DNA from: Thermoguttaceae bacterium
GTDB taxonomy: Bacteria; Planctomycetota; Planctomycetia; Pirellulales; Thermoguttaceae
Assembly: GCA_031549145.1 (NCBI GenBank)
Contig: JAVBQI010000051.1
Span: forward strand, 1,672 to 65,671
Reading direction: 5' to 3'
DNA: 64,000 nt
Shown here in pieces: positions 25,504-35,305 of this stretch; position 1 is the first letter of the stretch, and every line of letters begins with the position of its first letter. The notes under the pieces are model-generated. The model was not told where the DNA came from and made no database searches. It worked only from the letters and a program-made list of their open reading frames with translations. Position numbers and translations under genes: made by a program.

Positions 25504-26304
25504 ATGATGTCATCTCAGTCCGATCACAAGGAACCCGCTTCCGAGAAGCGGATTTCCGCCTGCATTCTCACGAAAAACAACGAATACTATATCGAACGAT
25601 GTTTGGATGCCTTGTGTTCCGGTGATGTTTTCTCGGAGATTCTCGTTCTCGACACCGGTTCGACCGATACGACCTTGGAGATTCTCGAGCGCTATTCGAA
25701 GGTCAAGGTTTTTCACCAAAACGGAATCGCGAATTTCGGAGAAACGCGGAATTTCATTTCCGAAAAAGCGGAAAACGATTGGCTTCTGCATATCGATTCG
25801 GACGAATTCGTCTCGCCGGAATTCCTCGCCGAGCTTGCCGCGATCTCTTTGGATCCCGAAACCGTTTACGAAATTCCCCGCCGGATGTTTTATCGCGGCA
25901 AGTCGCTTCCGGCCTACGACGATCGAATCAAACGGTTGTACAATCGCACGCGAACCGCTTGGAATCAAAGGGCGGTCCACGAAAGCATCAAGCTCGGCAA
26001 GGGAATGAAGTTGGCCCATCTGCATGCGCCCATCGAACACCATTCCTACGAATCGGTCGACCAGCTCTTTCATAAAGCCCAGGTCTACAGCACGCTGTTC
26101 GCCAATCAGTATTACGGCAAAAAGAAAGCCTCTCCCTGGGGAGCCGTTTTGCGGGGGCTGGGGGCGTTCGCGCGACTTTACTTTTTACGCGGGAATTTCT
26201 TTCGCGGTTATGCCGGGTTCATCACTTCGTTGACCTTCTCGTTGATGTCGTTTTTGAAGTACGTCAAACTGTACGAACGCAATTCCGATTGGTACGGGGG
26301 CTGA
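25504..26304 (+). CDS. Family 2 glycosyltransferase
   Basis: ISACILTKNNEYYIERCLDAL...ILVLDTGSTDTTLEIL and HIDSDE (DxD-like) are typical of GT2 / LPS-core-type enzymes. Confidence 0.85.
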   Translation: MMSSQSDHKEPASEKRISACILTKNNEYYIERCLDALCSGDVFSEILVLDTGSTDTTLEILERYSKVKVFHQNGIANFGETRNFISEKAENDWLLHIDSDEFVSPEFLAELAAISLDPETVYEIPRRMFYRGKSLPAYDDRIKRLYNRTRTAWNQRAVHESIKLGKGMKLAHLHAPIEHHSYESVDQLFHKAQVYSTLFANQYYGKKKASPWGAVLRGLGAFARLYFLRGNFFRGYAGFITSLTFSLMSFLKYVKLYERNSDWYGG

Positions 26305-26310
26305 ACGAGA

Positions 26311-26946
26311 ATGAAAATCGGTTTATTCGGCGGGAGTTTCGATCCGGTTCACTTCGGGCATCTTTTACTGGCGGAAACCGCTCTCCGCGAATGCGAATTG
26401 GAACGGATCGTCTTCGTGCCCGGCGGCAATCCCCCCCATAAAATCGGCTCGCTCCAGGCCGGCGGAGAAGACCGCGCCGAAATGCTGCAACTGGCCGTCG
26501 GCGGTTTTCCGGAATTCAGCGTCTCCCGATTTGAAATCGATTCTCCGCAAACCGGTTACACCATTCATACTTTGCGGCATTTCCAGGAATCGTCTCTCGA
26601 CCCGGATTTGTACCTGATTCTCGGAGCCGACATGTTCAACAATCTCCCGAGCTGGTACGAAACGGCCGAAATCTGCCGCATCGCGACCCCGTTGGTCGCC
26701 TGCCGGCCCGGCTTTCCGCCCCCCTATTTCGAGGCGCTCGCCCAATTCGTTCCGCAAACGCGGTTGGAAAGGTTTCACCGTTATCTGATTCATATGCCGC
26801 AAATCGAACTTTCCTCAAGCGAAATCCGCGAACGGATCGCCCAGGGGAAGAGCATCCGTTTCCAAACCCCTTGGACCGTTGAGACGTACATTCATACGCA
26901 TCGGCTCTATCAGAGTGGGAAGTGGGAAGCGGGAAGTGGGAAGTAA
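26311..26946 (+). CDS. nadD: Nicotinate-nucleotide adenylyltransferase
   Basis: MKIGLFGGSFDPVHFGHL (HxGH motif) and SSSEIRERI. The last approximately 10 codons (SGKWEAGSGK) are encoded by GGGAAGT heptamer array H4. Confidence 0.92.
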   Translation: MKIGLFGGSFDPVHFGHLLLAETALRECELERIVFVPGGNPPHKIGSLQAGGEDRAEMLQLAVGGFPEFSVSRFEIDSPQTGYTIHTLRHFQESSLDPDLYLILGADMFNNLPSWYETAEICRIATPLVACRPGFPPPYFEALAQFVPQTRLERFHRYLIHMPQIELSSSEIRERIAQGKSIRFQTPWTVETYIHTHRLYQSGKWEAGSGK

Positions 26947-26948
26947 GG
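26915..26948 (+). repeat. Heptamer array H4: (GGGAAGT/C)x4 inside the nadD 3' end
   Basis: GTGGGAAGTGGGAAGCGGGAAGTGGGAAGTAAGG, where TAA at 26944..26946 is the nadD stop codon. Confidence 0.9.
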
Positions 26949-26962
26949 AGCGAGAAGAAAAA

Positions 26963-29900
26963 TTACGGTTGCGGTCCTTCCTGCCCCTCGTCTTTTGGCT
27001 TTCGACGACAGTTTTTCAAGATCGTTTTAATCAACGCTTCGCGAAAGATCGGCTTGGTCGCGTAGTCGTCGCAGCCGGCTTCGAGACATTTGTTTTTCTC
27101 CTCGGCCATTGCATGGGCGGTTAACGCGACGATCGGGGCCGTGTAATGCCGCCGCCGGAGCTCCCGCGTCGCGGAATAGCCGTCCCGGATCGGCATTTGC
27201 ACGTCCATAAGAATCAGATCGAAAGGCTTTTCGGCCTTGAGACGTCTCAAGGCTTTTTTGAGCGCCTCTTCGCCGTTGCTCGCGAGAACGACATTCGCCC
27301 CGGCCTTGGTCAGGATCAAATTGAAAAGGCGCTGATTGTCGAAGCCGTCCTCGGCAAGGAGAATCCGGAGCCCCCGGAGCGGTTTTGCAGGCGGGGTCGA
27401 CGAAACGGTCGGTTTTCGAACCTCCTCGTCCGACGGTAAAAGTTCGAATTTTTCAACCCAAGCCGGTTCCCGCGAAAATTGCTGCGCCAACAGGATGCGG
27501 AAAACACTCCCCCGACCTTCCTCGCTCCGGACATCCAAACTCCCTTCAAGAGCTTCGACAAGGCTTCGGGAAATCGAAAGCCCGAGCCCGGTCCCGCCGA
27601 ATTTTTTCGCGGTCGAAAGGCTGGCCTGTTGGAAAGGGGAAAAAATCGACCCGATCCGATCCTTGGAAATGCCGATTCCGGTGTCGATCACCTCCAAAGA
27701 AAGCAACCCGGAAAGCGTTCTCGTTTTGCCGGACTTCCAGGACGCTTCGATTCGAACGCCCCCCCGATCCGTGAATTTTACGGCATTGCCGACGAGATTG
27801 ACCAAAATCTGTTTTAATCGAAAACGGTCGGTTTGAATGGTTTTCGGAATCGGCGTCTTATAGGAGACTTCAAGGGAGATTCCCTTTTCTTCGGCCCGGG
27901 AAGCGAACAAGGCGGCGACCTCCGCGAGGATCACTCCCAGTTCCGCTTCTTGAATCTCGACGCTCATTTTGTGGGCTTCGATTTTGGAAAGATCCAAAAT
28001 ATCATTCAGAATCTGCAAGAGATAGCCCGCGTTGTTCCGAATGATCTTTCCGGCTTCCAAAACGCTTTCCTTGCTGATTCGGGAGTCGGAAAACAAATCC
28101 GCGTACCCGAGAATCACGGTCATGGGCGTGCGAATTTCGTGCGACATGCTCGCCAGGAACTGGGTTCGCGAAAAGGCCGCCCGTTCGGTCGCTTCCCGGG
28201 CCGTTTTCAAATCGGCTTTTTGCTTTTCCCAAAACCGTTTTTCCGAAAGCGTCCGTTCGAGTTCGCGAACGCAATTTTCAATGTAATCGACCACGGTCCG
28301 GTTGAAATAACCGCCGATCGGGGAATAGAGAACCATCCCCATGCGAACCGATCCGTCGATTTCCAAGGGGAGTGCGAGTAAGGCACGAACGCGAGCCCGG
28401 CTCGCGAAATTTTTCCAAGGCGCGAACGGCACGGAGTTTTCCAAATCGTCGACCACCAACATCGTCGCGGTTTCAATCGCCTGGTACAGGGGATAGGGCG
28501 AATTTCCAAAATCGGACACGGGAAGGATTTCCGGTGCATCATCATAATTTTTGGCCGTTCCGGCATGTAAGCTCGGACGCAGGACACCATCTTCGATTGT
28601 TCCGACCCAAGCCTTGGCGATCTCGAAATGATGAACGAGGCTGTTCAAAAATCCAAGGAGAATTTCCGATTCCGTTTGCCCGTAAAAGAATTTGCGAATC
28701 TCCGCACACACGGAAAGATAGGCCTGGTATTGTTCGAGCGCGAAAGCCGCCCGTTTTTCCTCGGACAAATCCTTGGCCTGGACCAGGATCACGGTTCCTT
28801 TTTCGCGGGGAACCCGGGTCAGGGAGATTTCGGCGTCGAACTCCGAGCCGTCAAGACGTTTGGCCCGCCAATTCAGAAGCAGCACGTCCTCGGGCTGGAT
28901 CAGGGTCTCCAATTCTCGCGCAAGCCCGGCGGAACATCGACCGTCCGGTTGAAATTCCGGAGACAGATCGGCGGGTGTTTTCCCGATCAGTTGCTCCGGA
29001 GAAGTCGCTCCGTAAAGCTTCTGGAAGCGATTGTTGCATTCGATGAACTGAAAATGATCGAGAAGGCCGATCGCGTTGTTCGATTGTTCGAACAGGGCGT
29101 TATATCTCGTTTCCTTATCAAGAACATCAAGCTCCCACCGCTTGAACTCGGTCCTATCGAGGACGACGCCGATGATTTTCGATACATGGTTGGAGTCGTC
29201 GCGAACGACCTCGCCCGATTGCTTGAGATAGTGCACTTCCCCGCGCGTGTCCAACATGCGATATTCGAGATCGAAATCATTCCCTTGAACGAGCGAAAGA
29301 CAGAGTGCTTCCCAGACTTTTTGCCGATCCTCCGGATAAACCCAGGTTTCGACCATTTGCTGAAGGGTGATCTGTTCTCCGCGAACCATTCCCAGAAGAT
29401 CACAAAGCATATCCGAGAGATCGAGGGATTCCGTTAAGGGATCCAATTCCCAGATTCCGCTCCGGGAAACGCGAAGAGCGTGAAATAACGACAGTTCCCG
29501 TTCCTTGAGCAACTTTTCCGTCTTGAGTTGTTCGCTCGCGTCACGGAACAGGCCGATTTGGCCGGTCTGCTCCAAGCGGTCGTTGAAGAGCGGAATCGCA
29601 TGGGCATCGACGAAAACCAGCTCGCCGTCCGGTTTTTCGATTCGAAAGACGATTTTTTTTTCGACCTGAAAGTCGGTTGAAAAAAAACTCGTGATCTCGG
29701 CAACATCTTCCGGATGGGCGATTTTGGACAGCGCTTCAGCGTAAGCGAGACCATCTTCAAGAATCTCCGTTGCTCCGATAATGTTGCAAAGAGCTTGCGA
29801 GAGCGGGGAGTAGCGGCCGCTCGGGAGATCGAACGTCCAAATCCCCATTCGGGTCATTTCCAAAACTCGTTCGAGAGTTTCCTGATCTTGAAATGACCGG

Positions 29901-30316
29901 TTGACGGCGGCGGTTTCCTCTTGTTGGAGAGAGGTGATATCCTGGCCGCTGCAAATCCAACCTTCGGGGGTTCCGTTTTCGTCGCGAAAGGGTCGACAAT
30001 TCCAAAACACTCGGCGTTTCGTGCCGTCGTCTCCGGAGAACACCTCGGAGATTTTGATCGTTTCCTCTTTTCCGGGATCGTCAAGGAACCCGGCGAAAAC
30101 GCTCGCATAGGGCTTTCCGGATTGATCTTTTCCCGGGAATACGGTTTTGAAAAGACTTTTCGCAAGAAGGTGCTCCCGGGAAACGCCCAAGAGTTTCTCC
30201 CCGAACGGATTGAGGGAAACGATCCGGCCTTGAATATCCGCAACAATAATCGCCGAGGGGACCGCCTCGAGAACCGATTGGGGTTGCTTAAAAAACCCGT
30301 CGAGTGAATGTGACAC
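26963..30316 (-). CDS. Hybrid sensor histidine kinase (multiple PAS, GAF-like, HisKA, HATPase_c, receiver)
   Basis: Several PAS-like modules. H-box FLASMSHEIRTPM, N/G boxes NLVGNAVKFT and GGTGLGLSISRSL, C-terminal receiver ILLAEDGFDNQ...DLILMDVQMP. Confidence 0.92.
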   Translation of the reverse strand: MSHSLDGFFKQPQSVLEAVPSAIIVADIQGRIVSLNPFGEKLLGVSREHLLAKSLFKTVFPGKDQSGKPYASVFAGFLDDPGKEETIKISEVFSGDDGTKRRVFWNCRPFRDENGTPEGWICSGQDITSLQQEETAAVNRSFQDQETLERVLEMTRMGIWTFDLPSGRYSPLSQALCNIIGATEILEDGLAYAEALSKIAHPEDVAEITSFFSTDFQVEKKIVFRIEKPDGELVFVDAHAIPLFNDRLEQTGQIGLFRDASEQLKTEKLLKERELSLFHALRVSRSGIWELDPLTESLDLSDMLCDLLGMVRGEQITLQQMVETWVYPEDRQKVWEALCLSLVQGNDFDLEYRMLDTRGEVHYLKQSGEVVRDDSNHVSKIIGVVLDRTEFKRWELDVLDKETRYNALFEQSNNAIGLLDHFQFIECNNRFQKLYGATSPEQLIGKTPADLSPEFQPDGRCSAGLARELETLIQPEDVLLLNWRAKRLDGSEFDAEISLTRVPREKGTVILVQAKDLSEEKRAAFALEQYQAYLSVCAEIRKFFYGQTESEILLGFLNSLVHHFEIAKAWVGTIEDGVLRPSLHAGTAKNYDDAPEILPVSDFGNSPYPLYQAIETATMLVVDDLENSVPFAPWKNFASRARVRALLALPLEIDGSVRMGMVLYSPIGGYFNRTVVDYIENCVRELERTLSEKRFWEKQKADLKTAREATERAAFSRTQFLASMSHEIRTPMTVILGYADLFSDSRISKESVLEAGKIIRNNAGYLLQILNDILDLSKIEAHKMSVEIQEAELGVILAEVAALFASRAEEKGISLEVSYKTPIPKTIQTDRFRLKQILVNLVGNAVKFTDRGGVRIEASWKSGKTRTLSGLLSLEVIDTGIGISKDRIGSIFSPFQQASLSTAKKFGGTGLGLSISRSLVEALEGSLDVRSEEGRGSVFRILLAQQFSREPAWVEKFELLPSDEEVRKPTVSSTPPAKPLRGLRILLAEDGFDNQRLFNLILTKAGANVVLASNGEEALKKALRRLKAEKPFDLILMDVQMPIRDGYSATRELRRRHYTAPIVALTAHAMAEEKNKCLEAGCDDYATKPIFREALIKTILKNCRRKPKDEGQEGPQP

Positions 30317-30425
30317 GGAAAAATGATTTTGTACGAAAATCTTGATTACGAATCAATCACTGGAAAAGCGACAACGAATCGGGGGATCGGTCGGACACCT
30401 TTCCAAGATTAAGCGTAAAAACGTA

Positions 30426-30968
30426 CTAGGCGTAAGCCGATTTGGATTCCTGGATCACAGGATCTTGCGGTTGAACGGGAATGGACGGCGGAGCGAGTAT
30501 GGCCGGGGAATCCGAAGCCGCGGACGGCGATGAGACCGGAGTGGTCAAAGGGGAGGGGAGTTCTCCGGCCTGTTTGACGAGATCGGCAAAAGTAACGCTG
30601 TTGAGGTGATTCTGCCGTTTTTGTTCCGCCGCATCCCAGACGCGCCCCAAAATGCCGATCACCGAGGAAGAGCCGGCAGTGTCGGAAAGACGTTTGGGAA
30701 TCAGGACCGGTCCCTCGATAATATTCATGACCTGCCCTAATGTGACATCTTCCGGTTTGGGGATGAGGTGATATCCTCCCGCCGCCCCACGGGTACTTGA
30801 AACGATTCCCGCCCCTTTCAGTTGAAGCAAAATTTGGACTAGAAATCTCGGCGGAACCTTATGTTGTTCGGCGATGTTTCGAATTCGAACCGGTTCGCTG
30901 GACCCCTGATTTTTGGCCAGTTCCAAAACCGCGATACAGGCATATTCCGTCTTTGCTGAAATTTTCAT
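30426..30968 (-). CDS. Rrf2-family transcriptional regulator (no Cys ligands) with P/S-rich tail
   Basis: ORF 30426..31085, ATG at 30968 gives MKISAKTEYACIAVLELAK...GIVSSTRGAAGGYHL (Rrf2 wHTH). The usual three-Cys cluster is not visible. A Pro/Ser-rich C-terminus of about 45 aa follows. Confidence 0.85.
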   Translation of the reverse strand: MKISAKTEYACIAVLELAKNQGSSEPVRIRNIAEQHKVPPRFLVQILLQLKGAGIVSSTRGAAGGYHLIPKPEDVTLGQVMNIIEGPVLIPKRLSDTAGSSSVIGILGRVWDAAEQKRQNHLNSVTFADLVKQAGELPSPLTTPVSSPSAASDSPAILAPPSIPVQPQDPVIQESKSAYA

Positions 30969-31343
30969 AGAAAACGACCTTATAATCTGAGATGATGACA
31001 GGGGTTTGAATTTTCCGTTTCGGAAAGAAAAATCAATTATAACGACTATTTCCCTCGGCGTGTCAACCTGAAAGGAACATAACAAAATGATTGATACTTA
31101 TTTTAGTGCCTATTCAATCAATTGCAAGGCCTTGGTAAATGAACAAAAAAGAATGTTAATTAAAAAGGAGACGATCACTAAAGGCAACCTCTAAAAATTC
31201 CGCTGACCAACCGGGACTTGTGGTCACGGCTTCGGAAAACCAAGGATATAGGCGTTCATAATCTTGGATTTTCAAATTATTATAGGTGCCCTAAACAAAG
31301 TGTATTCGCGATCGTCTTGCGTTTTGCGGCAAGCGGCGATGGG

Positions 31344-33569
31344 TTATTTTTCCTCATAACCCTCTTGAAACCCGTCGTAAATTTTCTTGTCTTTTTGAAT
31401 TCTCTTCTGCTCGTTTTCCACCTTTTTGAACCTGGAGGTGATGTTGTCGAGATAGGCTGCCCCCGCCCTTTTTTTCGAGGTCTCCAAACGCGGAAGACAC
31501 TCCGTTTCCGCTTGCAGCATCGCGGCGTTGAAGCAGTCCTTGACCCATTTGTAATTTTGGTACTCTTTTCCCCTTTTTTTCCCGGATTCGCTGCTCACCG
31601 CACCGGAAAGAACGGAGGCCATGTCGTCGTATTGGGCGGCCGCCGCTTCGGAAAGGGCAAAAACCCACTTGAGCGACGCATTGGCCGCCAAAGGGTCGTC
31701 CTCAAATTCTTCCGAAAAATCGTCTTCGGAAGCCGCGGTTTTGCTTTTCGGAGGCGAGGAGGCCGGGGATTTTTTCGCGTCGCTCGAAAGATGTAAATTC
31801 GGGGGCTGTGTATGAGTTAATCGGGCAATGATATTCGCGCCGGTTTCTATTGTTTTTTGTAACAACTCTTTGCGTTGCTCCGTTTCGAGAACACGTTTCG
31901 GTTTCGTTTCCGATTCGTCCAACGACTCTTCGGGCGTTATCGCCTTGGAATACATGATGAGTTGCCCCGCGAGTCGGGCGACCGATTTCCAAGTCCCGAT
32001 TTGTTGGAGGATCTCCAAAGTCAGCAAATCGATCTCCTCATTCTTGGCATTGAACGCTGAAAGAACCGTTTCTTCCGCGGGAGCGCCGATTTTGATGAGA
32101 CATTCTTTGGCCTTGTCCTTCAAATCGGGAACGATCAGCAGCCGCAGAAGCGGCAAAGCGGCCCGGGCATCATTGGTTTTTCCGAGTAGATCGAGAATTT
32201 TGGAGCGAACTTCCGGCAGGGGGTCGTCTTCGAGCACTTGAATCAGCGCGACGGCGGCATCAGGATCGTCGATCACCGCGAGGACCGCGAGAGTGAGATC
32301 GCGAATTGAAGGGATTTCAAGATACGGCAGGACGAATTGCGAGCCCCCATTCAAGTAGGAAAAGGCGGCGACGACTCTGTTGCGGGCTTGCGGTTCTTTC
32401 GCGTCGAGAGTCAGGTAACCGACCAATAAAAACTGAATTCGAGGGTCTTCGGCGCAACCGTTTTGCAATGGGAGCGAATCGAAACAGATTCCAACATCGG
32501 GTTTTTTTTTCGATTTGGAGAGAAACAGTGCCATTTCCGGGGCAATATCTTCAACGGCCAAAAGGCAATAGGCGGCTGCGGCCTTGGTTGCGAGTTTGGA
32601 ACCGGGATCATGAAAAATGCGTTTCAAAATAACGGTTGCGACTTTTTGAACGGACTCGCTCGGCGGTTCGACCTTCGGTTCGACCTTCGGTTCGACCTTC
32701 GGCTCGACTTTCGGTTCAACCTTTGGCACAACTTTCGGCGCGACCTGCGGGGTATCTTCTTCGCCCCTCCTCGTATAAGACATTTTGCCGGGGATCTTTA
32801 GATCGAGGGCTGGTGCTTGGGGGGCCGGCGCCGGAGAGTCCGGCGTTGGGGAGACCGGATGCTTCGAGAGTGGCTTTTGAGCCACGCTGATCATCAAGAG
32901 CAGCGTTTTTTCAGCCTCGGTTTCGTTGGATCGATAGGAATCGAGAAAACGGCGACAGAGGGAATTGATGTCTTGAGCGTCATTGGGGCCGCCGGGAGAA
33001 ACAGCTGCCGGGGCGTTGGCGGGCTGGGCTTCCAAAGTCTGAACTTCATCCCAAATGTCCGGTTCCGATTTCGAGAAACTCTCAAGAAAAAGATTGATTT
33101 CTCCGGCACCGCGAGTCATTTTTTTTGACGTGAAGGCCTCGGCCGTCAGCTGCAGGGGAGAAGAAATTTTGGCGAGGGCGGCGGTTTTCCAAGCCTTTTG
33201 TTCGCCTTGCGGAATCCGGTGGGCGAAATACGCAACCGTTTCCGAAAGAGCCCGAACTTTCAATTGTGAAACGGACAATTTGTAGAGCATTTCCGGGACG
33301 TTGGAGGCGTCGTCGGCGACCGTTTCGAGAACGGCAAGAAGTTCCTTGGCCGCGTTGAGCAGTTCCTCCGCGACGAGATCCGCCGCTTCGGCCGGAGATT
33401 TGGCGGCAACCCGATCATTGAGCGAGGTCGCCAATGGGTCGTTCCAACCGGCAAGCGGCGGAATGCTTTCCGCCCCGGAAACAAGAGCCGGTAAAAAAAG
33501 AAACAAAAGCGATAGAAACGGCAGCGGCGAAGAAGTCTTTCGAATCGAAGCGGAAAGAAAACTTGACAT
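31344..33569 (-). CDS. Secreted HEAT-repeat-like protein with (PKVE)n tandem repeat
   Basis: Signal peptide. Central KVVPKVEPKVEPKVEPKVEPKVEP. C-terminal half has HEAT-like repeats (DPLPEVRSKILDLLGKTNDARALPLLRLL). Confidence 0.6.
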   Translation of the reverse strand: MSSFLSASIRKTSSPLPFLSLLFLFLPALVSGAESIPPLAGWNDPLATSLNDRVAAKSPAEAADLVAEELLNAAKELLAVLETVADDASNVPEMLYKLSVSQLKVRALSETVAYFAHRIPQGEQKAWKTAALAKISSPLQLTAEAFTSKKMTRGAGEINLFLESFSKSEPDIWDEVQTLEAQPANAPAAVSPGGPNDAQDINSLCRRFLDSYRSNETEAEKTLLLMISVAQKPLSKHPVSPTPDSPAPAPQAPALDLKIPGKMSYTRRGEEDTPQVAPKVVPKVEPKVEPKVEPKVEPKVEPPSESVQKVATVILKRIFHDPGSKLATKAAAAYCLLAVEDIAPEMALFLSKSKKKPDVGICFDSLPLQNGCAEDPRIQFLLVGYLTLDAKEPQARNRVVAAFSYLNGGSQFVLPYLEIPSIRDLTLAVLAVIDDPDAAVALIQVLEDDPLPEVRSKILDLLGKTNDARAALPLLRLLIVPDLKDKAKECLIKIGAPAEETVLSAFNAKNEEIDLLTLEILQQIGTWKSVARLAGQLIMYSKAITPEESLDESETKPKRVLETEQRKELLQKTIETGANIIARLTHTQPPNLHLSSDAKKSPASSPPKSKTAASEDDFSEEFEDDPLAANASLKWVFALSEAAAAQYDDMASVLSGAVSSESGKKRGKEYQNYKWVKDCFNAAMLQAETECLPRLETSKKRAGAAYLDNITSRFKKVENEQKRIQKDKKIYDGFQEGYEEK
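32665..32748 (-). repeat. 12-nt in-frame tandem repeat (about 7 units) encoding (PKVE)n
   Basis: GGTTCGACCTTC x3, then degenerate units, on the plus strand. Confidence 0.9.
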
Positions 33570-33597
33570 CGGGACTCAATGGGGAGAGGAACGAAGG

Positions 33598-34953
33598 TTA
33601 TTTCAAAATATCGCTAAAAATCAAATTCGCATCGACATTGAAAATGGTTCTCAGGAGGTACTCCAATGTCTTGGAATCGGCGAAAATATGGATCGTGTAT
33701 TGATTATGCGTGATCGATTCCCCTTTTTGCATTTCCTTGGCCGGGGAATAAGTGTCAAGCTCGAAAAAAGGGAGCGAACGTTTCGATTCGCCTTGGAGCG
33801 ACCCATGATTGTAGGCCCGGACCACTTCACCGGAAAACGGGGTTTCGGCGAGGTGCTCTTTCGCGATTTCAGCCGTTGTGGTCGGCGGGACAGAAAAAAG
33901 CTCGTTGGCGCAAACGGTTTCGTTCTCGGCTCGTCCGGTCGGTTTTACGGAATTTTTGAAATAATACTCCCGCGTGCTTAAAAAATCGGATTGAGGAAAG
34001 TCGGCCCCCGGCTCGAAGTAATCATTGCTCAAATAGTCGTGTTCGACCGGGTTGTCCGGCATGTTGAACGCGAGAATCGTCAGAACTCCGGTACGAAAAT
34101 CGATTGCCGCACAGTGAGGAATTGCCCGACGCCTCGAAACGCCGATCTGCCCGCGCAAAAGCCCGTCGGCCCTCAAAACCGCGGCGTTGTTCAGGATATG
34201 GAGACGTTTTCGCGAGGAAACACCGAAAAATTCCGATTGGATCGGCGGCCCCAATTCGTCTTCGTTCCCCGGACGAAAGGGGAGAAGCATCACGGAATAC
34301 GGCGTCGCATTGAACATCCCACGAACCCGGATCGAAACCAGTCCGCTGTTTTTGGATAAGGCGGCCCCCCGGTTGAAAATCGTGTTGGACGACTCGTAGG
34401 CGACAAAAGAAACCTCCGGCTGTTCAAGCGGAACGATTGCGGCATCCGGAAGGATGCCCTGCAAGCCGGCTTCGTTCAACAGCCGGACGGAGCGGACGAC
34501 ATCGAGATCGAATCGGGCTCCGGAAATGTTCGTCGCCGTAATCGTACGCCGCATCCGAACCGATTGGGAAGACGTTCCGAAGTCGACTTCGAAAGGCCCT
34601 TCGACGAAACCGGTCGGAACCTGAATGCTCTCCTGGTAATCGGCTAAAGCCGAGGCCGGGTTTCCCTCGGAGCCTTTCGTATCGTAATAAAGGCTGAAAG
34701 GGCCGCCGTTGGGAGAAAGGGTAAATTGATCTTCTCCGCCGAAACAGTGTCGCAAGGAATGCTGATTCGTGTCGGTTTCAATCGAATGAACGTCGATCAG
34801 CCCGTAACTGTCCCCCTCGATTCCGCCGCAAGTGCTCGTCATCACACGGCCGTTCCAAGCGGGGCAAATCGCGATCCTCGCCCCGAACTCGTTGGTCAGT
34901 TCAAGGACCTTGGTCTTGGATTCGAGAAATTGTAATCCGTTGGAATAAGACAT
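33598..34953 (-). CDS. Conserved-looking hypothetical protein (no family assigned)
   Basis: ORF 33598..34995, ATG at 34953 preferred. Balanced composition. Lies 28 nt downstream of the HEAT-like gene on the same strand, a possible operon. Confidence 0.6.
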   Translation of the reverse strand: MSYSNGLQFLESKTKVLELTNEFGARIAICPAWNGRVMTSTCGGIEGDSYGLIDVHSIETDTNQHSLRHCFGGEDQFTLSPNGGPFSLYYDTKGSEGNPASALADYQESIQVPTGFVEGPFEVDFGTSSQSVRMRRTITATNISGARFDLDVVRSVRLLNEAGLQGILPDAAIVPLEQPEVSFVAYESSNTIFNRGAALSKNSGLVSIRVRGMFNATPYSVMLLPFRPGNEDELGPPIQSEFFGVSSRKRLHILNNAAVLRADGLLRGQIGVSRRRAIPHCAAIDFRTGVLTILAFNMPDNPVEHDYLSNDYFEPGADFPQSDFLSTREYYFKNSVKPTGRAENETVCANELFSVPPTTTAEIAKEHLAETPFSGEVVRAYNHGSLQGESKRSLPFFELDTYSPAKEMQKGESITHNQYTIHIFADSKTLEYLLRTIFNVDANLIFSDILK

Positions 34954-35103
34954 TCGTATCCATAAAAGCTGAAAACAGCTCTCCAAATAATTCAAAAAAC
35001 ATCACCTAAATCAGGATTATTTTACCAAAAACGAATTCCGGGGCAAGTTTCTCCAAAAAATTCCGCGACAAGCGACGTATCTTACGAAATAATGCCCAAT
35101 AAC

Positions 35104-35192
35104 GAGCCGGGACCTGCGGTCCCGACTGCCGCTTATTTGATGTTGTCATCTTTTTTTCGCGGTGAGCGTGTCGGGACCGCGGGTCCCGGCTC
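35104..35192. repeat. Pair of inverted family D-variant hairpins upstream of guaA
   Basis: GAGCCGGGACCTGCGGTCCCGAC (35104) and GTCGGGACCGCGGGTCCCGGCTC (35170) are mutually inverted. Confidence 0.85.
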
Positions 35193-35276
35193 GTATGTTC
35201 GGGCGATGCCCGGAAAATTCCCCGCCGCCGTTGATTTTTCCCCGCTATTTGATAACCTTGTCATTGTCGAAGAACA

Positions 35277-35305
35277 TCCCCTCTGTCCTCTGTCCTCTTC
35301 TCCCT
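35277..35305 (+). repeat. Heptamer array H5: (CCTCTGT)x2+ abutting the guaA ATG
   Basis: CCCCTCTGTCCTCTGTCCTCTTCTCCCT, immediately followed by ATG at 35306. Confidence 0.88.
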
